From a virus (Duplodnaviria; Caudoviricetes): a DNA stretch of 39,171 nucleotides. Below, one piece after another: positions 8,067 to 18,040 of this stretch. The notes beneath the pieces were generated by a model that saw only the letters and a program-made list of their open reading frames with translations, was not told where the DNA came from and did no database searches. The position numbers and the translations under genes were made by a program. Where the stretch lies: positions 1-39,171 of the IMG/VR virus record IMGVR_UViG_3300048901_000218; one strand, written 5' to 3'. Each line of letters begins with the position of its first letter. The first letter of the stretch is position 1.

Positions 8067-9863
8067 TTAGAACCTATTATTTGCGTTGCTATTATTTTCT
8101 GGTTTTTCACTTAACTCTTGAGCTAATACAGCTACATGTTGAGGAGAATTATTTTTAGCAGCCGTGATGATCTTCTTTACGGTGTTTTGAGTTTTAGGAT
8201 CGATAAGCATTCTTGTGCCTAGTCTGCGGGCTACCTCGATTCCGCCAATTGCTGCTGCTTTTTTATAATCTCCGGTAAGGACGTAATAAAGAGCAGTCGC
8301 AGCTTCAACACCCCAAATGACTTTCTGATGAGCAGGGAATTGTTTCAATAGAGAACCGATCGCCTCGGCGCCCTTCGTGATAGTCTTGATGTTCTGGAGC
8401 TGATCTGGGCCTAGAACTTTGCGGGCTAGCTCATGATTCTCCGGCTTGTCTAGGATCGAGGCTAGCTTCTTGAAGTTCATGCCTTCGACATTTTGGGCCT
8501 TCTCGATCGTTTCCATGAGGTCGCGCGTGTTCAGCCAGTGTTTCCATGCCTCGTTTGTTTTATCGAAATATTGGCCAAATTTACGGGCTTCTGGGCCAGA
8601 CTCTGCGAATGTCTTCTTGATGCCCTCTTTGACGAGCCCTAGAAGGTGCTCTTTTTGCTTAGGATCGCCCCAGTTGCCAGCTTTTCCTAAGTTCCGATAA
8701 AAGCCCGTGAAGAAATCGGCAGTATCCGCTTTATCTAGCTTTTCTAAGCCGTCCTTGAGGAACCCTATAAACTTCTTCTGCTCATCAAGGAGAGGGAATT
8801 TCTCTAGATAGGCGATCGCATCATTGACCGCCTTCCGCACAGGTTCCTTATTCTTTACGGGTATCGAGGAGGCAAGCCCTTCCATAGTCTGATAAACGTT
8901 CGAAGCCTCCCTTTCCAGATAAGGTAAACCTCCTTCAGCATAGCCTGGGAGTCCCTGTTTGATTTGCTTTTTAAATAATTCTTCACTGTTTTTTACTCCT
9001 TGCTGAATTGCGTTTTCAGCCTTGGGCGTTAAAATAGCGAACTTTTTGAGGAGCTTTTTTTCTTCGAGAGCATTCTTGGCCAAGGTTATGTCCTGCTCTG
9101 AATATCCAGCCTTTCTCAAATCTTTAATGACGCTTTCAACCTCCTTGCTTTTGGATGTTATTGGAGTTGGAGTTTTTGACTTGGGTGCGGCCTTGAGCCC
9201 TGCGACAATCTCGAATGCGGCTTGCATCCAAGGGGGAAGGCCCAATTCCTCTGCTGTCTGACCTGCCGCGCCTGCCGCTATAGGAGCCATAATCCCTGTG
9301 CCTCCAAGCACGGCGCCGCCACCACCAATACGACCTATCCTTTTGGCATAACGACCAGCCGCTGTTTTAGGTTCTGAGACGAGGCCTGTTTGCTCTCCTA
9401 GTCGCTCTATATCCTTGGTTCCTGCAATCCTAGAGAAGCTCGGGGCTATATCATCTTCGGAAAGCTCCATGAGCTCTCCTACCGATGGTCTCTTGCCCTC
9501 ATCCATGCCCTGAAGGATATCGAATTCCCTGCCTATGCGGGCTTTCTCTCCTGGCAATATGTCCTTTGATTGTAGGCCGAAAAGATCGAGGATATCGCCA
9601 TAGGTTCCTAGAGCGCCTATGCCGAAGCCCTGAGCGCCCTGTTTCAAAATGTCTTCAACAGGTTCATTGAGCGCCCCTGGTTTCTCTTGAGCAGGCTTTG
9701 CATTGAAAAAGTTCAGGACTTCTTCGGGGGTATATCCAGCTTCTTTAGCGCGGGTCATTTTCTGCTCGAAAGAAGGGTCTTTCGTAGCCAAGAAATCCAT
9801 GATCTCCTGATCGGAATATCCTTGCTGGCGCGCCTTCTGATATTTTTCCTGATAGGTGCTCAT
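8067..9863 (-). CDS. Putative DNA ejection/internal virion protein
   Basis: 598 aa, helical with G/A-rich hydrophobic segments; last of three coupled genes after the nozzle gene (podovirus synteny). Confidence 0.6.
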   Translation of the reverse strand: MSTYQEKYQKARQQGYSDQEIMDFLATKDPSFEQKMTRAKEAGYTPEEVLNFFNAKPAQEKPGALNEPVEDILKQGAQGFGIGALGTYGDILDLFGLQSKDILPGEKARIGREFDILQGMDEGKRPSVGELMELSEDDIAPSFSRIAGTKDIERLGEQTGLVSEPKTAAGRYAKRIGRIGGGGAVLGGTGIMAPIAAGAAGQTAEELGLPPWMQAAFEIVAGLKAAPKSKTPTPITSKSKEVESVIKDLRKAGYSEQDITLAKNALEEKKLLKKFAILTPKAENAIQQGVKNSEELFKKQIKQGLPGYAEGGLPYLEREASNVYQTMEGLASSIPVKNKEPVRKAVNDAIAYLEKFPLLDEQKKFIGFLKDGLEKLDKADTADFFTGFYRNLGKAGNWGDPKQKEHLLGLVKEGIKKTFAESGPEARKFGQYFDKTNEAWKHWLNTRDLMETIEKAQNVEGMNFKKLASILDKPENHELARKVLGPDQLQNIKTITKGAEAIGSLLKQFPAHQKVIWGVEAATALYYVLTGDYKKAAAIGGIEVARRLGTRMLIDPKTQNTVKKIITAAKNNSPQHVAVLAQELSEKPENNSNANNRF

Positions 9864-11128
9864 TTAAAAATATCCTCTAAGCCTTCTCTAGTCGCCTTGG
9901 TTCCCTCTTGACTAACCTTCGCTCTAGCCCTTGCATTAACTTCCTTCAGCTGATTCTCGAGTTGATTCTTGAGACGTCGATAATTCTCCGTAGCGTACTT
10001 CTTCACCTGAACAGGATCAGCGCCAGAGCCATAGTGATCCATGGCGGCTTTGAACGTTTCATCCTTGAGGTAGGCAATGCGATTTCCTAACGCAAGCTGT
10101 TCGGCGATGATCTTTCGACCTTCTGCGCTATTTGCAAGCGTAGGGAAACCCTGTTTGAATTGATCCAAGTCGAAGTTCGTGACTCGACCTGGGAAGAAAT
10201 CCTTTGCCCTTCTAGCCATGCGCGCGATCGTCTTTGCATAGTCTTGGGCTTCGGGACTTGCAAGCCATTTGACGCGCAAGTCTCCGTTTTCCCAATCGAC
10301 GTTCCAGAGTTGAGCTCCGGAGGGAAGAGCCCCTGGAATCTCATTCAAGTCCTGCAAATGCTTTACCTCGCGGTATTCGTCATCGAGGGCATTGAGGCGA
10401 TCGACAGCATCATTATAGAGAGGAATGTTCGTCTTCTCGCGGTATTCATTCTGCTTTACGACATCGGAAGGTGTCATGCCTTCAGGTTCTGGTAATTCTG
10501 GGAAGTCTAGCTCTAATCCTCCCATGTTGGTTCCTGGGATTTCGATGCTGGGCTTCGCAACTTCTTTCGTCTCTCCAGGCTGTCCCATGCCTTTGCCAGC
10601 CTTCGAGCGCTTGATAAGGTCGTTGACGTTCTTAATGACATCTGACTGGCCGCCTACCGGAGCATTTTCCATTTGACCCTGCCAGAGCTTCGCCGTTTCT
10701 TCAGGATACCCAGCTTTTACGAGGCTTTCGTAGATACTCCGACCCAAACCTTGCCGTTTTTGCAATTCTAGTACCTTAATTTGGTTTTCTGGGCTGAGAC
10801 GGGCTAAGTCCTTGGCCGAGGGCTTTTCGCCCGCTACAACGCGTCCTAGAACGTCTTGCTGAATTTCGTTCATTTCCTGCTGCTCTATTGCCATGCGCTG
10901 TTGAAGGATTTCTTGCCCCTTCTCTCCATAGGGACTCAGAGCAGAGCGTAAAGCTTCCAGTTTCTTGGATTGAGGAGCGCCTTCGAGAGACTTATCCTTA
11001 AGAACGCTTTCGAGACTTCTGTTTGCAAAGTATGTGTTAAGACCATTGCCTATGCCTTCGCCTAAGCTCATGCCGAGCATTTCGGAAAGTTTTCCTTGAG
11101 GATTCGTGCCTTGTATTATCTGTACCAT
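9860..11128 (-). CDS. Putative DNA ejection/internal virion protein
   Basis: 422 aa, helical and Q/E/K-rich; translationally coupled; synteny. Confidence 0.6.
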   Translation of the reverse strand: MVQIIQGTNPQGKLSEMLGMSLGEGIGNGLNTYFANRSLESVLKDKSLEGAPQSKKLEALRSALSPYGEKGQEILQQRMAIEQQEMNEIQQDVLGRVVAGEKPSAKDLARLSPENQIKVLELQKRQGLGRSIYESLVKAGYPEETAKLWQGQMENAPVGGQSDVIKNVNDLIKRSKAGKGMGQPGETKEVAKPSIEIPGTNMGGLELDFPELPEPEGMTPSDVVKQNEYREKTNIPLYNDAVDRLNALDDEYREVKHLQDLNEIPGALPSGAQLWNVDWENGDLRVKWLASPEAQDYAKTIARMARRAKDFFPGRVTNFDLDQFKQGFPTLANSAEGRKIIAEQLALGNRIAYLKDETFKAAMDHYGSGADPVQVKKYATENYRRLKNQLENQLKEVNARARAKVSQEGTKATREGLEDIFK

Positions 11129-11787
11129 TAGCTTATTCCCCCTGTGTAAGGATTATAGTTGCCCGTGGTCGGATATAGACCGCCTGGCCCTTGGGCTAGC
11201 TGAGTTCCTTTTTGAGGCTTTTTGAATAGATTTGCTATCCCTGTACCTGCCATGCCTGCTAGTTGCCCTAGTAGGGGGGCTCCAAAGGCGCTACCAATTC
11301 CTGCAAGAGCGGGGCCGAGCATACCCTGCGATCCTGGAATATTTTGATAGGCAAAGGGCTGATAGTTGAGACCCGTTTGGCTCAGTTGGTTGAATTGATT
11401 GGTTTGCTGCCTAGCCGCATCCGATTGCAAAGAGGCGAAGAGCTGCGCAAGTTGTGCTTGAAGACCGGAGGCAGCTCCGCCTAGAGCCTGACCAAAGCCG
11501 CTTGAGGAAAGGGCTCCAGCCCCAGCAAACTGCTCGGCTATTCGAGGCAGAGTTTGCTCTTGGAATTGATTCATGAAAGGGGCAGCAAAGTTTTCATAGG
11601 CCTGATTACCAGGTTGAAACAGACTGTTATAATAATCCTGAGCATTTTGATATCCTCCTCCGCCCTGCGTCATGCCCATGGCTTGGGAAAGAATGTTGTT
11701 ATGCAGTGCCTTCTGCTGGGCCGTTCCCGTGTCTACCTTTTTCAATTTGTCTGGGCTTCCGAAAAGCCACTCGCTGAATCCTGCCAT
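11128..11787 (-). CDS. Putative DNA pilot/ejection protein
   Basis: G/A/Q-rich low-complexity protein typical of the first ejection gene. Confidence 0.6.
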   Translation of the reverse strand: MAGFSEWLFGSPDKLKKVDTGTAQQKALHNNILSQAMGMTQGGGGYQNAQDYYNSLFQPGNQAYENFAAPFMNQFQEQTLPRIAEQFAGAGALSSSGFGQALGGAASGLQAQLAQLFASLQSDAARQQTNQFNQLSQTGLNYQPFAYQNIPGSQGMLGPALAGIGSAFGAPLLGQLAGMAGTGIANLFKKPQKGTQLAQGPGGLYPTTGNYNPYTGGIS

Positions 11788-11796
11788 AATTCCTCT

Positions 11797-12300
11797 CTAG
11801 TTTTTTAAGTACTCGACAACAAAAACACACCACGTTAGGGCCACACCTATATTGTTTTGGATAAAGAATGTATTTGTCGAATTGTTGTACCTAACAAAAA
11901 TTCCCATTTCATTTAAAAAGTAAGAGTTTCCTGCTGTGTCAATTGCAGCTCCAAAGCCTTGTACGGGAAAAAGATAGCCCTTGATCGCTGGAGGCTGCGT
12001 TGAGCTCGTGAGCGTTATCGTTGTTGTTCCTACTGGGATGTTGCCGCCGTTGAGGAAGACAAAATCAAGCGTAGTCCGATAGGCCGTGCGGTTCTGCCCT
12101 GGGTTTCCGATCGTGTACCATTGCTCAAAGTTGGCGTTCTCCTGCAAAAGAAATAGGCCGCTCTCCTTCGTATTGACGGCATTGGCTGTGCGACGCAAAT
12201 AGGAAACGAGCGTTTCTCCAAAGCCCTTGTCATCGGGATTGACATCGAGCGAAACCGGCAATTGGTTTGTGTTGACTGGGTTGTTGCTCGATGCGGTCAT
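11797..12300 (-). CDS. Hypothetical structural protein
   Basis: 167-aa ORF between the nozzle and ejection genes. Confidence 0.7.
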   Translation of the reverse strand: MTASSNNPVNTNQLPVSLDVNPDDKGFGETLVSYLRRTANAVNTKESGLFLLQENANFEQWYTIGNPGQNRTAYRTTLDFVFLNGGNIPVGTTTITLTSSTQPPAIKGYLFPVQGFGAAIDTAGNSYFLNEMGIFVRYNNSTNTFFIQNNIGVALTWCVFVVEYLKN

Positions 12301-12327
12301 ATATGTTTCCTATATGTCTTCCATATG
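12300..12327. repeat. 11-bp-period YATATG array (3 copies), putative centromere-like site
   Basis: TATATG-tttcc-TATATG-tcttc-CATATG; same motif and period as the arrays flanking parA. Confidence 0.5.
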
Positions 12328-12330
12328 CTT

Positions 12331-12365
12331 TGCCTTTTGAGAAAAACTTTTTCCTAAAAGGCAAT
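12331..12365. terminator. Intergenic hairpin (terminator or processing signal)
   Basis: TTGCCTTTT...AAAAGGCAA inverted repeat just after the nozzle gene stop. Confidence 0.5.
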
Positions 12366-12374
12366 TGCCGATAA

Positions 12375-14912
12375 TCAGTTGATTAAGCGGCCCCCCTCTC
12401 TAAACCAGACGTTCATAGCGTTCAATTCCATGGGGCTTTGATGGGTAGCGAGTTGATTCATGAGGTTGTCGTCATAGGTCAGGCCGATGCGAAGATATTG
12501 GCCAAATTGCGTGCTATAGAAGCGGTACCAGGCATATTCCGAGCCAGGAATATACGTCTGCCCATTGACAGGAGTCGTATTCCAGATGCCGCCCGTCGTG
12601 TAGGTGCTGAAGCCCGTGGAGTCAATGCCGTTGAGGGTAAAGTGATTCGCATCGACGACCGTGATCGTGTAGATAGCGGCGTTGAGTTGCGTCATGCCCT
12701 TCACGTTTGCGATATAGATGAGAGTTCCGCTTATGAGGCTGTGATCTGGGCTCGTGATCTGACATGGGTTGGCCTTTGTGGCTCCCGTGATAAAACCGGA
12801 CGCTTGGGAGCTATTGAGGAGCTCCTGATTGGTTGCGATCAGATTCGCCTGCTCTCCGAGGTAGGAATTCACGAAAAGCTGAATCGTTGTGGCGGCTATC
12901 GCAGGGGAGAGCATGTTTGCATCCATTTGGAAATCGATGAAGGAGAGCTTGAATTGCTTGCCTGAGCCCTGGAACGGATTGAAATCCTTGCCCTGAATGT
13001 TCATCTTGGGGAAAAGCGTCACAATGCCGCCGCCTATGTAGGTAGCGCCTCCTGCCGACAAATTGACCGCATCGTAGCTCTGAGTAGTGAAATTCCAGGT
13101 CGAAAGCGTGACCGTATTGGCATCGACAATCGTTACGCTGAATATGACATTGTTAAATCCAGGATCGCCGCTACCGCCAGACCACAGCGTGTTCTGGATA
13201 TAGATGATTTCCCCATTCGCAAGATTATGACTTGTGATCGTGACCTGCGTAGGGTTAACGCCAAAGTTAAAAGCCGATATTGCCATGGTTTGGGCGTAGA
13301 GCGTTGGCGAGCCCTGAGGAGTCTCGGCATCGGGATTCTGATAAATGTTGATAAAGCCCTGCTGCGTTCCGAGCGTGACATAATCGACATACTGCTGGTC
13401 ATCGACGTTGTCCCATGTGACATTGCTCTCCCAAAAGGTCGTGAGGCTGTCCCATGTGATGCCGAACTGGAATTGCGATGTCCCGAAGCAAGTGATGGTA
13501 TCCCTGTTCTTTGCCCATGTGTTGTTGCGATAGTTGAATATGAGGACTTCATTGGGATAGCTCTGGGTGGTAGAGGCATTCGACGTATCGAGATAGTTCC
13601 AATAGACGAGTTCTTTTTCAAAATCCCTCACCCCGTGGACAAAGTTAGGCGCACTACTCTGTATCTCGAAGCTAAAGGCTTGCTCGGGGATTTGCTCATC
13701 GAGGCGCGTTGCGCTAGCCGCATTGGCTTGGATAATGCCCCTGTCGCTCACGGTCATGATGCCCTGGTCGAAAATAATGGAGCTGAATGTAGAAACGGAG
13801 CCGAAATCAGAGGAAATACGCTCCCAGATGAAGGGAAGGCCGTACTCGCCTATGTACCTCAACTGCCACGTGGAATACTCGAAGAAGACAATCAGCGTGT
13901 TCCTGAAAAAGGCGCAGCTGACGATCGCTTCGTTCGTAGGAGCATCGAGGAATCCTCCCCGACCGAATTCGTCGGAGCGCCATCCGTGAGTTTGATCCGT
14001 GGGATCGCCAATCTGACTGAAGCGGCAACGGGCAAAGTAGTTGACGGCTACCGACGCATCAAAGTTGCCTCCGTTTTTCGGCCCTTCCCAAGTGTTTAGA
14101 GCTAGCAGTCTTCCGTAATAAGGAATAACGATGAGAGCTTGATAAAGATAATTAGGGACGGCATCTAATTGAGGCTGTAGATCGATCCATGTGCTATTAT
14201 TATAATAGCGGATCGGATCGTAGGGCGTCGATGCTCCTAGCGTAATATTGTCGTTCGTGACGAAAAAGTATCTTAGATTGGGGGTCGCTCCCTGATAGTT
14301 TGCCGCCCAGAAAAAGTCCGTGTTCGTCCCTGACCAAGTAGTTCCAGGGGCAAGCTCTTGAAAGCCATTGACAAATTGATAGGCGAATTTCGTATCGAAG
14401 AAGACGGTCGCATCGATACCCAAGGTCGCTACGTCTCTCTTGAGGATTCCCATGACGGGAAGACCAGGGAATTCTTGTATTGTTCCGGTTATTGTTTCAG
14501 CCCCACCTCCGGTTATAGTAAGAACGCCTGTTGCATAGTTGATCGTTCCTCCGGTTCCCGTGCCTCCTGTGGCAACAAGTACACCGGCCATTCCTGGATC
14601 GGTATAAAGAGTGCCATCAACACTTCCCGTCACATGGATACTTCCAGGAACTATAGAGGCCGAAGAGCCTAAAGAAAGCGCAGTTTTAAGATTGACGCTG
14701 CCTGCGGTTAAGGCAACAGCTGTCACGGTCACAGAGCGTTGAAGACGACCTACGGGAACTTCACCATCGCGCTTCTTTGTTCTCTCGCGAAACACGTAGG
14801 CATTGTCTATGGTTGAAAAAGCTTCATTAGCTAAGAGCGCAGGTTTCCGATCCTGGGTAAGACCGCCCGAGGGGTATCCTCCGATAAGAACCTGATGAAA
14901 CCCTGAGCTCAT
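12375..14912 (-). CDS. Tail nozzle / packaged-DNA stabilization protein (P22 gp10-like role) with inserted FCCH-like domains
   Basis: 845 aa, beta-rich (IPYYGRLLAL, RCRFSQIGDP, WERISSDFGS); ITGATKANPCQITSPDH...VKGMTQLN domain; synteny. Confidence 0.7.
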   Translation of the reverse strand: MSSGFHQVLIGGYPSGGLTQDRKPALLANEAFSTIDNAYVFRERTKKRDGEVPVGRLQRSVTVTAVALTAGSVNLKTALSLGSSASIVPGSIHVTGSVDGTLYTDPGMAGVLVATGGTGTGGTINYATGVLTITGGGAETITGTIQEFPGLPVMGILKRDVATLGIDATVFFDTKFAYQFVNGFQELAPGTTWSGTNTDFFWAANYQGATPNLRYFFVTNDNITLGASTPYDPIRYYNNSTWIDLQPQLDAVPNYLYQALIVIPYYGRLLALNTWEGPKNGGNFDASVAVNYFARCRFSQIGDPTDQTHGWRSDEFGRGGFLDAPTNEAIVSCAFFRNTLIVFFEYSTWQLRYIGEYGLPFIWERISSDFGSVSTFSSIIFDQGIMTVSDRGIIQANAASATRLDEQIPEQAFSFEIQSSAPNFVHGVRDFEKELVYWNYLDTSNASTTQSYPNEVLIFNYRNNTWAKNRDTITCFGTSQFQFGITWDSLTTFWESNVTWDNVDDQQYVDYVTLGTQQGFINIYQNPDAETPQGSPTLYAQTMAISAFNFGVNPTQVTITSHNLANGEIIYIQNTLWSGGSGDPGFNNVIFSVTIVDANTVTLSTWNFTTQSYDAVNLSAGGATYIGGGIVTLFPKMNIQGKDFNPFQGSGKQFKLSFIDFQMDANMLSPAIAATTIQLFVNSYLGEQANLIATNQELLNSSQASGFITGATKANPCQITSPDHSLISGTLIYIANVKGMTQLNAAIYTITVVDANHFTLNGIDSTGFSTYTTGGIWNTTPVNGQTYIPGSEYAWYRFYSTQFGQYLRIGLTYDDNLMNQLATHQSPMELNAMNVWFREGGRLIN

Positions 14913-15560
14913 TTAATATCCTATTGCTAGCCAGAAGAAGCCTGGGAAATCCCCTCCTCCGCTGCCAGAGTATTGATATTGGAAACCAGTATTGGTAAAT
15001 GTCCCAGCTACGAGAGAGAGTGTGTTTTGAGAAGAAGAAGTTCCCCCAGCCTTGCATATGAGCGTTGCGTAAACAGCCAGAGCGAAATTCGGAAAGTTAA
15101 TATTGGCCGTAGCATAGTTGACCGTCGATCGCTGTGTCGCTGAATTGGTCAGGTTTTGAGTACCCCATTGCAAGAGGACTTGTCCTAGCCACATATAACC
15201 GTTCCCAGTACGACTTCCTCCCGTCAATTGAGAAAGAATGCCGCTACCGCTCAGGGAATAAAGCTGTGTATCTCCTCCAGGAGGAACGGCAGGAGTTGTG
15301 ACAGCATTTACTTGCAAAACCCCAGGGACTCCAGAAAAGATTTGATTCACTCCTGAGACTGTCGAGACGCTCGTCTGTGTGACCTCGTGTACGACCGTGT
15401 GGTAGCCAGCAGGATTTGACCCAGGCTGCCCGTTGTTGTTCACGTGATCGACATTCAGTGTCTCAAAGGTTCCGTCGAGGTTGTTCCTGATCGTGGCCTT
15501 AGTCTGGCCTAGAGAGGAGCCATCTGGCGGGTATCCTGGTGTGTAGGTAGGTATTGGCAT
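14913..15560 (-). CDS. Short tail fibre-like protein (gp53-like C-terminal domain)
   Basis: GNGYMWLGQVLLQWG...FPN...FFWLAIGY C-terminal motif; AAGGAG RBS. Confidence 0.75.
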   Translation of the reverse strand: MPIPTYTPGYPPDGSSLGQTKATIRNNLDGTFETLNVDHVNNNGQPGSNPAGYHTVVHEVTQTSVSTVSGVNQIFSGVPGVLQVNAVTTPAVPPGGDTQLYSLSGSGILSQLTGGSRTGNGYMWLGQVLLQWGTQNLTNSATQRSTVNYATANINFPNFALAVYATLICKAGGTSSSQNTLSLVAGTFTNTGFQYQYSGSGGGDFPGFFWLAIGY

Positions 15561-15569
15561 AATCTCTCC

Positions 15570-15707
15570 TTAACTCACGGCTACCGTGGAAATAGGCTGT
15601 TCTGGCCTAGGATTTCTCAACTCTTTTTTTGCCTTCTTACTCAGCTTGGCTTTCGCAGCTGAGAGAGGTTTTTTCAGTACTTTTTCTTTTCCTTTGATCA
15701 CGGCCAT
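15570..15707 (-). CDS. Lys-rich small protein (45 aa)
   Basis: MAVIKGKEKVLKKPLSAAKAKLSKKAKKELRNPRPEQPISTVAVS*; fills the gap in the operon; AGGA RBS. Confidence 0.6.
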   Translation of the reverse strand: MAVIKGKEKVLKKPLSAAKAKLSKKAKKELRNPRPEQPISTVAVS

Positions 15708-15712
15708 GTAAG

Positions 15713-15853
15713 TCATCCTGTTGTATGCCTCCCAACAAACGGGCCCACTCCTAGGGGTATCGGCTTGTTCGGTAGCGGTTTCAATTTCTTTTTGTTGTCC
15801 TTTCGCAGGCGTTCATCGAATTCCGTTCTCTTCACTTTCTTGTCATGCTTCAT
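15713..15853 (-). CDS. Lys/Arg-rich small protein (46 aa)
   Basis: MKHDKKVKRTEFDERLRKDNKKKLKPLPNKPIPLGVGPFVGRHTTG*; ATGA overlap with the upstream stop. Confidence 0.6.
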   Translation of the reverse strand: MKHDKKVKRTEFDERLRKDNKKKLKPLPNKPIPLGVGPFVGRHTTG

Positions 15854-17214
15854 ATCGATCCAAAGGGTGCTAAACCACCGGAACCCCACTGATACTTGAG
15901 CTGGTCGCTGTAGATTGTGTTGATGCTTTCTTGCCCTATCTGGGCATACGTTCTCGTCTCGATGATGTCGTAGCGCTCCTTCAGCATCTTATCGATGAAT
16001 ATGACTCCATCGCTGTCTAGGCGCTCCTCGAAGATTTTCTTAGCGGCCCCTACGGCGAGGATTTCCCACCACTCGGAGAGTTCGGGATTGCCGGCCTGAT
16101 CTGCGGCTATCAGCGCTTGGATCGGCTGCCGATAGCACGTCATTTCGACCGTGTAGCCCTTATCGGGGACGGGGGCTAGCGTGAATTGGTTCTGGAAGAA
16201 GAGGATCGCTAGAGGAATGGAAAACTGCTTCGGATTATATTGAATCTGGATCGGCGTTCCATCGGGTATGGCCTCGGCAAAGGTCAAGCCTAGGATTTCC
16301 CCTGTCTGGTAGTTGATCGTGGCATTTCCAGGCTGCGTAGGCGTCGCTGAGGCATATTGGCGATAGTAAGTCCAGGCGTACTCCTGGTTGCCGCTATTGC
16401 TCGTCTGGAAGATTTGAATGAGATTCCCTTGGCCATCGTCCGTGACGTTTTGCGTTTGCCCTACGCCATTTGCCCCTATGACATTGGCCGTGATGAGTAT
16501 GTTTTGAACTCGTCCCTGAGGGAAGAAGAGGTTCCTGTTGTTCTGCGGCCCTGGGTCGTTGTTTACGCTCGCGACGAAAGGAGCTGCCGTTGTGAAGCCG
16601 TTATAGGGAGATGTATACCAATCGCCGCCGCTCGTATAGGCCGTAAAGCCGGTTGAATTGACATTGAGCTCAAAAGTATTGACCGTGAGAACCGTGATCG
16701 TAAAGGAAAGGCCATTGACCTGGATCATGCCGCTGACATTGTTGAGAATGACCGTTTCGCCCGAGACGAGCCCGTGGTTGGCCGATGTGACAACAGCATT
16801 CGTCGCTTGCGTGATATTTGTGATGACGCCCGTAGTAGAGCCTGTGGTTCCATTGCCAAAAGCGAAGTTCGTAAAGCTCTGCCAGTTGTAATTATTGGCA
16901 TAAAAGGATGAGGGATCGTTGAACCAGCGGAGTTCCCGTTTAGCACACCAACACGGTTCCTTGACCGTAATATAGAGCTCGCTATTGAAGGGATAGGTAT
17001 CCTGACCTACGTTCGTATTGAAAGAATAGACGTCCTGAAGCTTCAGAGACCGAAATTTTGCGGGTAGATCATAGGCATAGAAGCTGTGCATCTGCTGCAC
17101 GATGTAGCTATCTGTCGTCTGAAAGGCATTGCTAGAGCCCGTGAGCTTCCTCGTCTTTGTGATCGCATTAGCGAGGGTCGGGAAGAGAGGATATGTAGGA
17201 ACGAATGTGCTCAT
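15850..17214 (-). CDS. Head-to-tail adaptor protein with FCCH-like insertion
   Basis: Helical termini; TNVGQDTYPF, TLAPVPDKGYTVEM and EWWEILAVGAAKKI adaptor-type motifs. Confidence 0.7.
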   Translation of the reverse strand: MSTFVPTYPLFPTLANAITKTRKLTGSSNAFQTTDSYIVQQMHSFYAYDLPAKFRSLKLQDVYSFNTNVGQDTYPFNSELYITVKEPCWCAKRELRWFNDPSSFYANNYNWQSFTNFAFGNGTTGSTTGVITNITQATNAVVTSANHGLVSGETVILNNVSGMIQVNGLSFTITVLTVNTFELNVNSTGFTAYTSGGDWYTSPYNGFTTAAPFVASVNNDPGPQNNRNLFFPQGRVQNILITANVIGANGVGQTQNVTDDGQGNLIQIFQTSNSGNQEYAWTYYRQYASATPTQPGNATINYQTGEILGLTFAEAIPDGTPIQIQYNPKQFSIPLAILFFQNQFTLAPVPDKGYTVEMTCYRQPIQALIAADQAGNPELSEWWEILAVGAAKKIFEERLDSDGVIFIDKMLKERYDIIETRTYAQIGQESINTIYSDQLKYQWGSGGLAPFGSI

Positions 17215-17618
17215 GTTGTCGGCTCGTTGTCAAAGGCATCTTCTAATGTCACCGTCGTCGTCCCTTGCACGATTCCTGAGCCAGCTGGCACAGCCACACA
17301 GGGGACTTGAGGGTCTTGTACTGATATAAACGGATAAAAATTGCTCGTGTCTACGGCAATTGTTGCGGTATTTGGCGTTAATGAAATTATCTGAGCTTTT
17401 TGGTTATTTAATTGAATCATGCCGTTAGGCGGAGGAACCCTAAAAGAAATCCACTCCGCCACGGTAAAATTCGTATCGTCCAAGAACGTGACGACCGCAG
17501 GGTTTGCCCGCGTGATGTTCGTTATGTACTGCAAATTCGGGATGAAATTCGCTCCAAAGGGAGGCCCATAGTTGCTTGCCCCTCCTGGAACTACATGCGG
17601 ACTCGAATTAGAAGACAT
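17211..17618 (-). CDS. Single FCCH-like domain structural protein
   Basis: ITNITRANPAVVT...GMIQLN; C-terminus (CVAVPAGSG...DAFDN) paralogous to 18996-20084. Confidence 0.7.
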   Translation of the reverse strand: MSSNSSPHVVPGGASNYGPPFGANFIPNLQYITNITRANPAVVTFLDDTNFTVAEWISFRVPPPNGMIQLNNQKAQIISLTPNTATIAVDTSNFYPFISVQDPQVPCVAVPAGSGIVQGTTTVTLEDAFDNEPTT

Positions 17619-17980
17619 TACAAAACATCCATGGGGGTAAAGCGCACTCTAGACACGGTTTCATAGCTGCGCGGCACTCTGCCTCCAGTTGCTGGAATTT
17701 CTAGCGAATAGCGCCGGATTTTCCGCTTCGTGTTGTTCAAATGTTTAATCAGGCCCATGGTCAAATCGCATATCTCTCCATGAACGAGCTTAATCATCTG
17801 GATCGCTTCTCCTGGATACTTCCTATAGGCAAACTCGAGCCATCCGCCTTGCGCGTCGAGAAACTCGAACATGCCCTTGCGGACTTTGTCGTCTTCTCTT
17901 CGCATTTTCTTAACCAATTCGTCCCGCTCTTGAGGAGGGAGGGTGTTGGGTAGTTTCTTATGTAATTCTCTGACTTCCAT
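17618..17980 (-). CDS. Hypothetical protein (head module)
   Basis: 120-aa ORF, AAAGGA RBS, coupled to the next gene. Confidence 0.75.
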   Translation of the reverse strand: MEVRELHKKLPNTLPPQERDELVKKMRREDDKVRKGMFEFLDAQGGWLEFAYRKYPGEAIQMIKLVHGEICDLTMGLIKHLNNTKRKIRRYSLEIPATGGRVPRSYETVSRVRFTPMDVL

Positions 17981-18040
17981 ATGGTTTAAATCCTTTGTTG
18001 AAAATGGTAAGCCTTTTTATGTCATGCTCAGGACTTTTAT

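Noticed and set aside
13227-14099. 290-aa plus-strand ORF (similarly 26522-27211 and 12438-12965)
   Set aside because: Antisense shadows of the nozzle and portal genes with no recognisable motifs.
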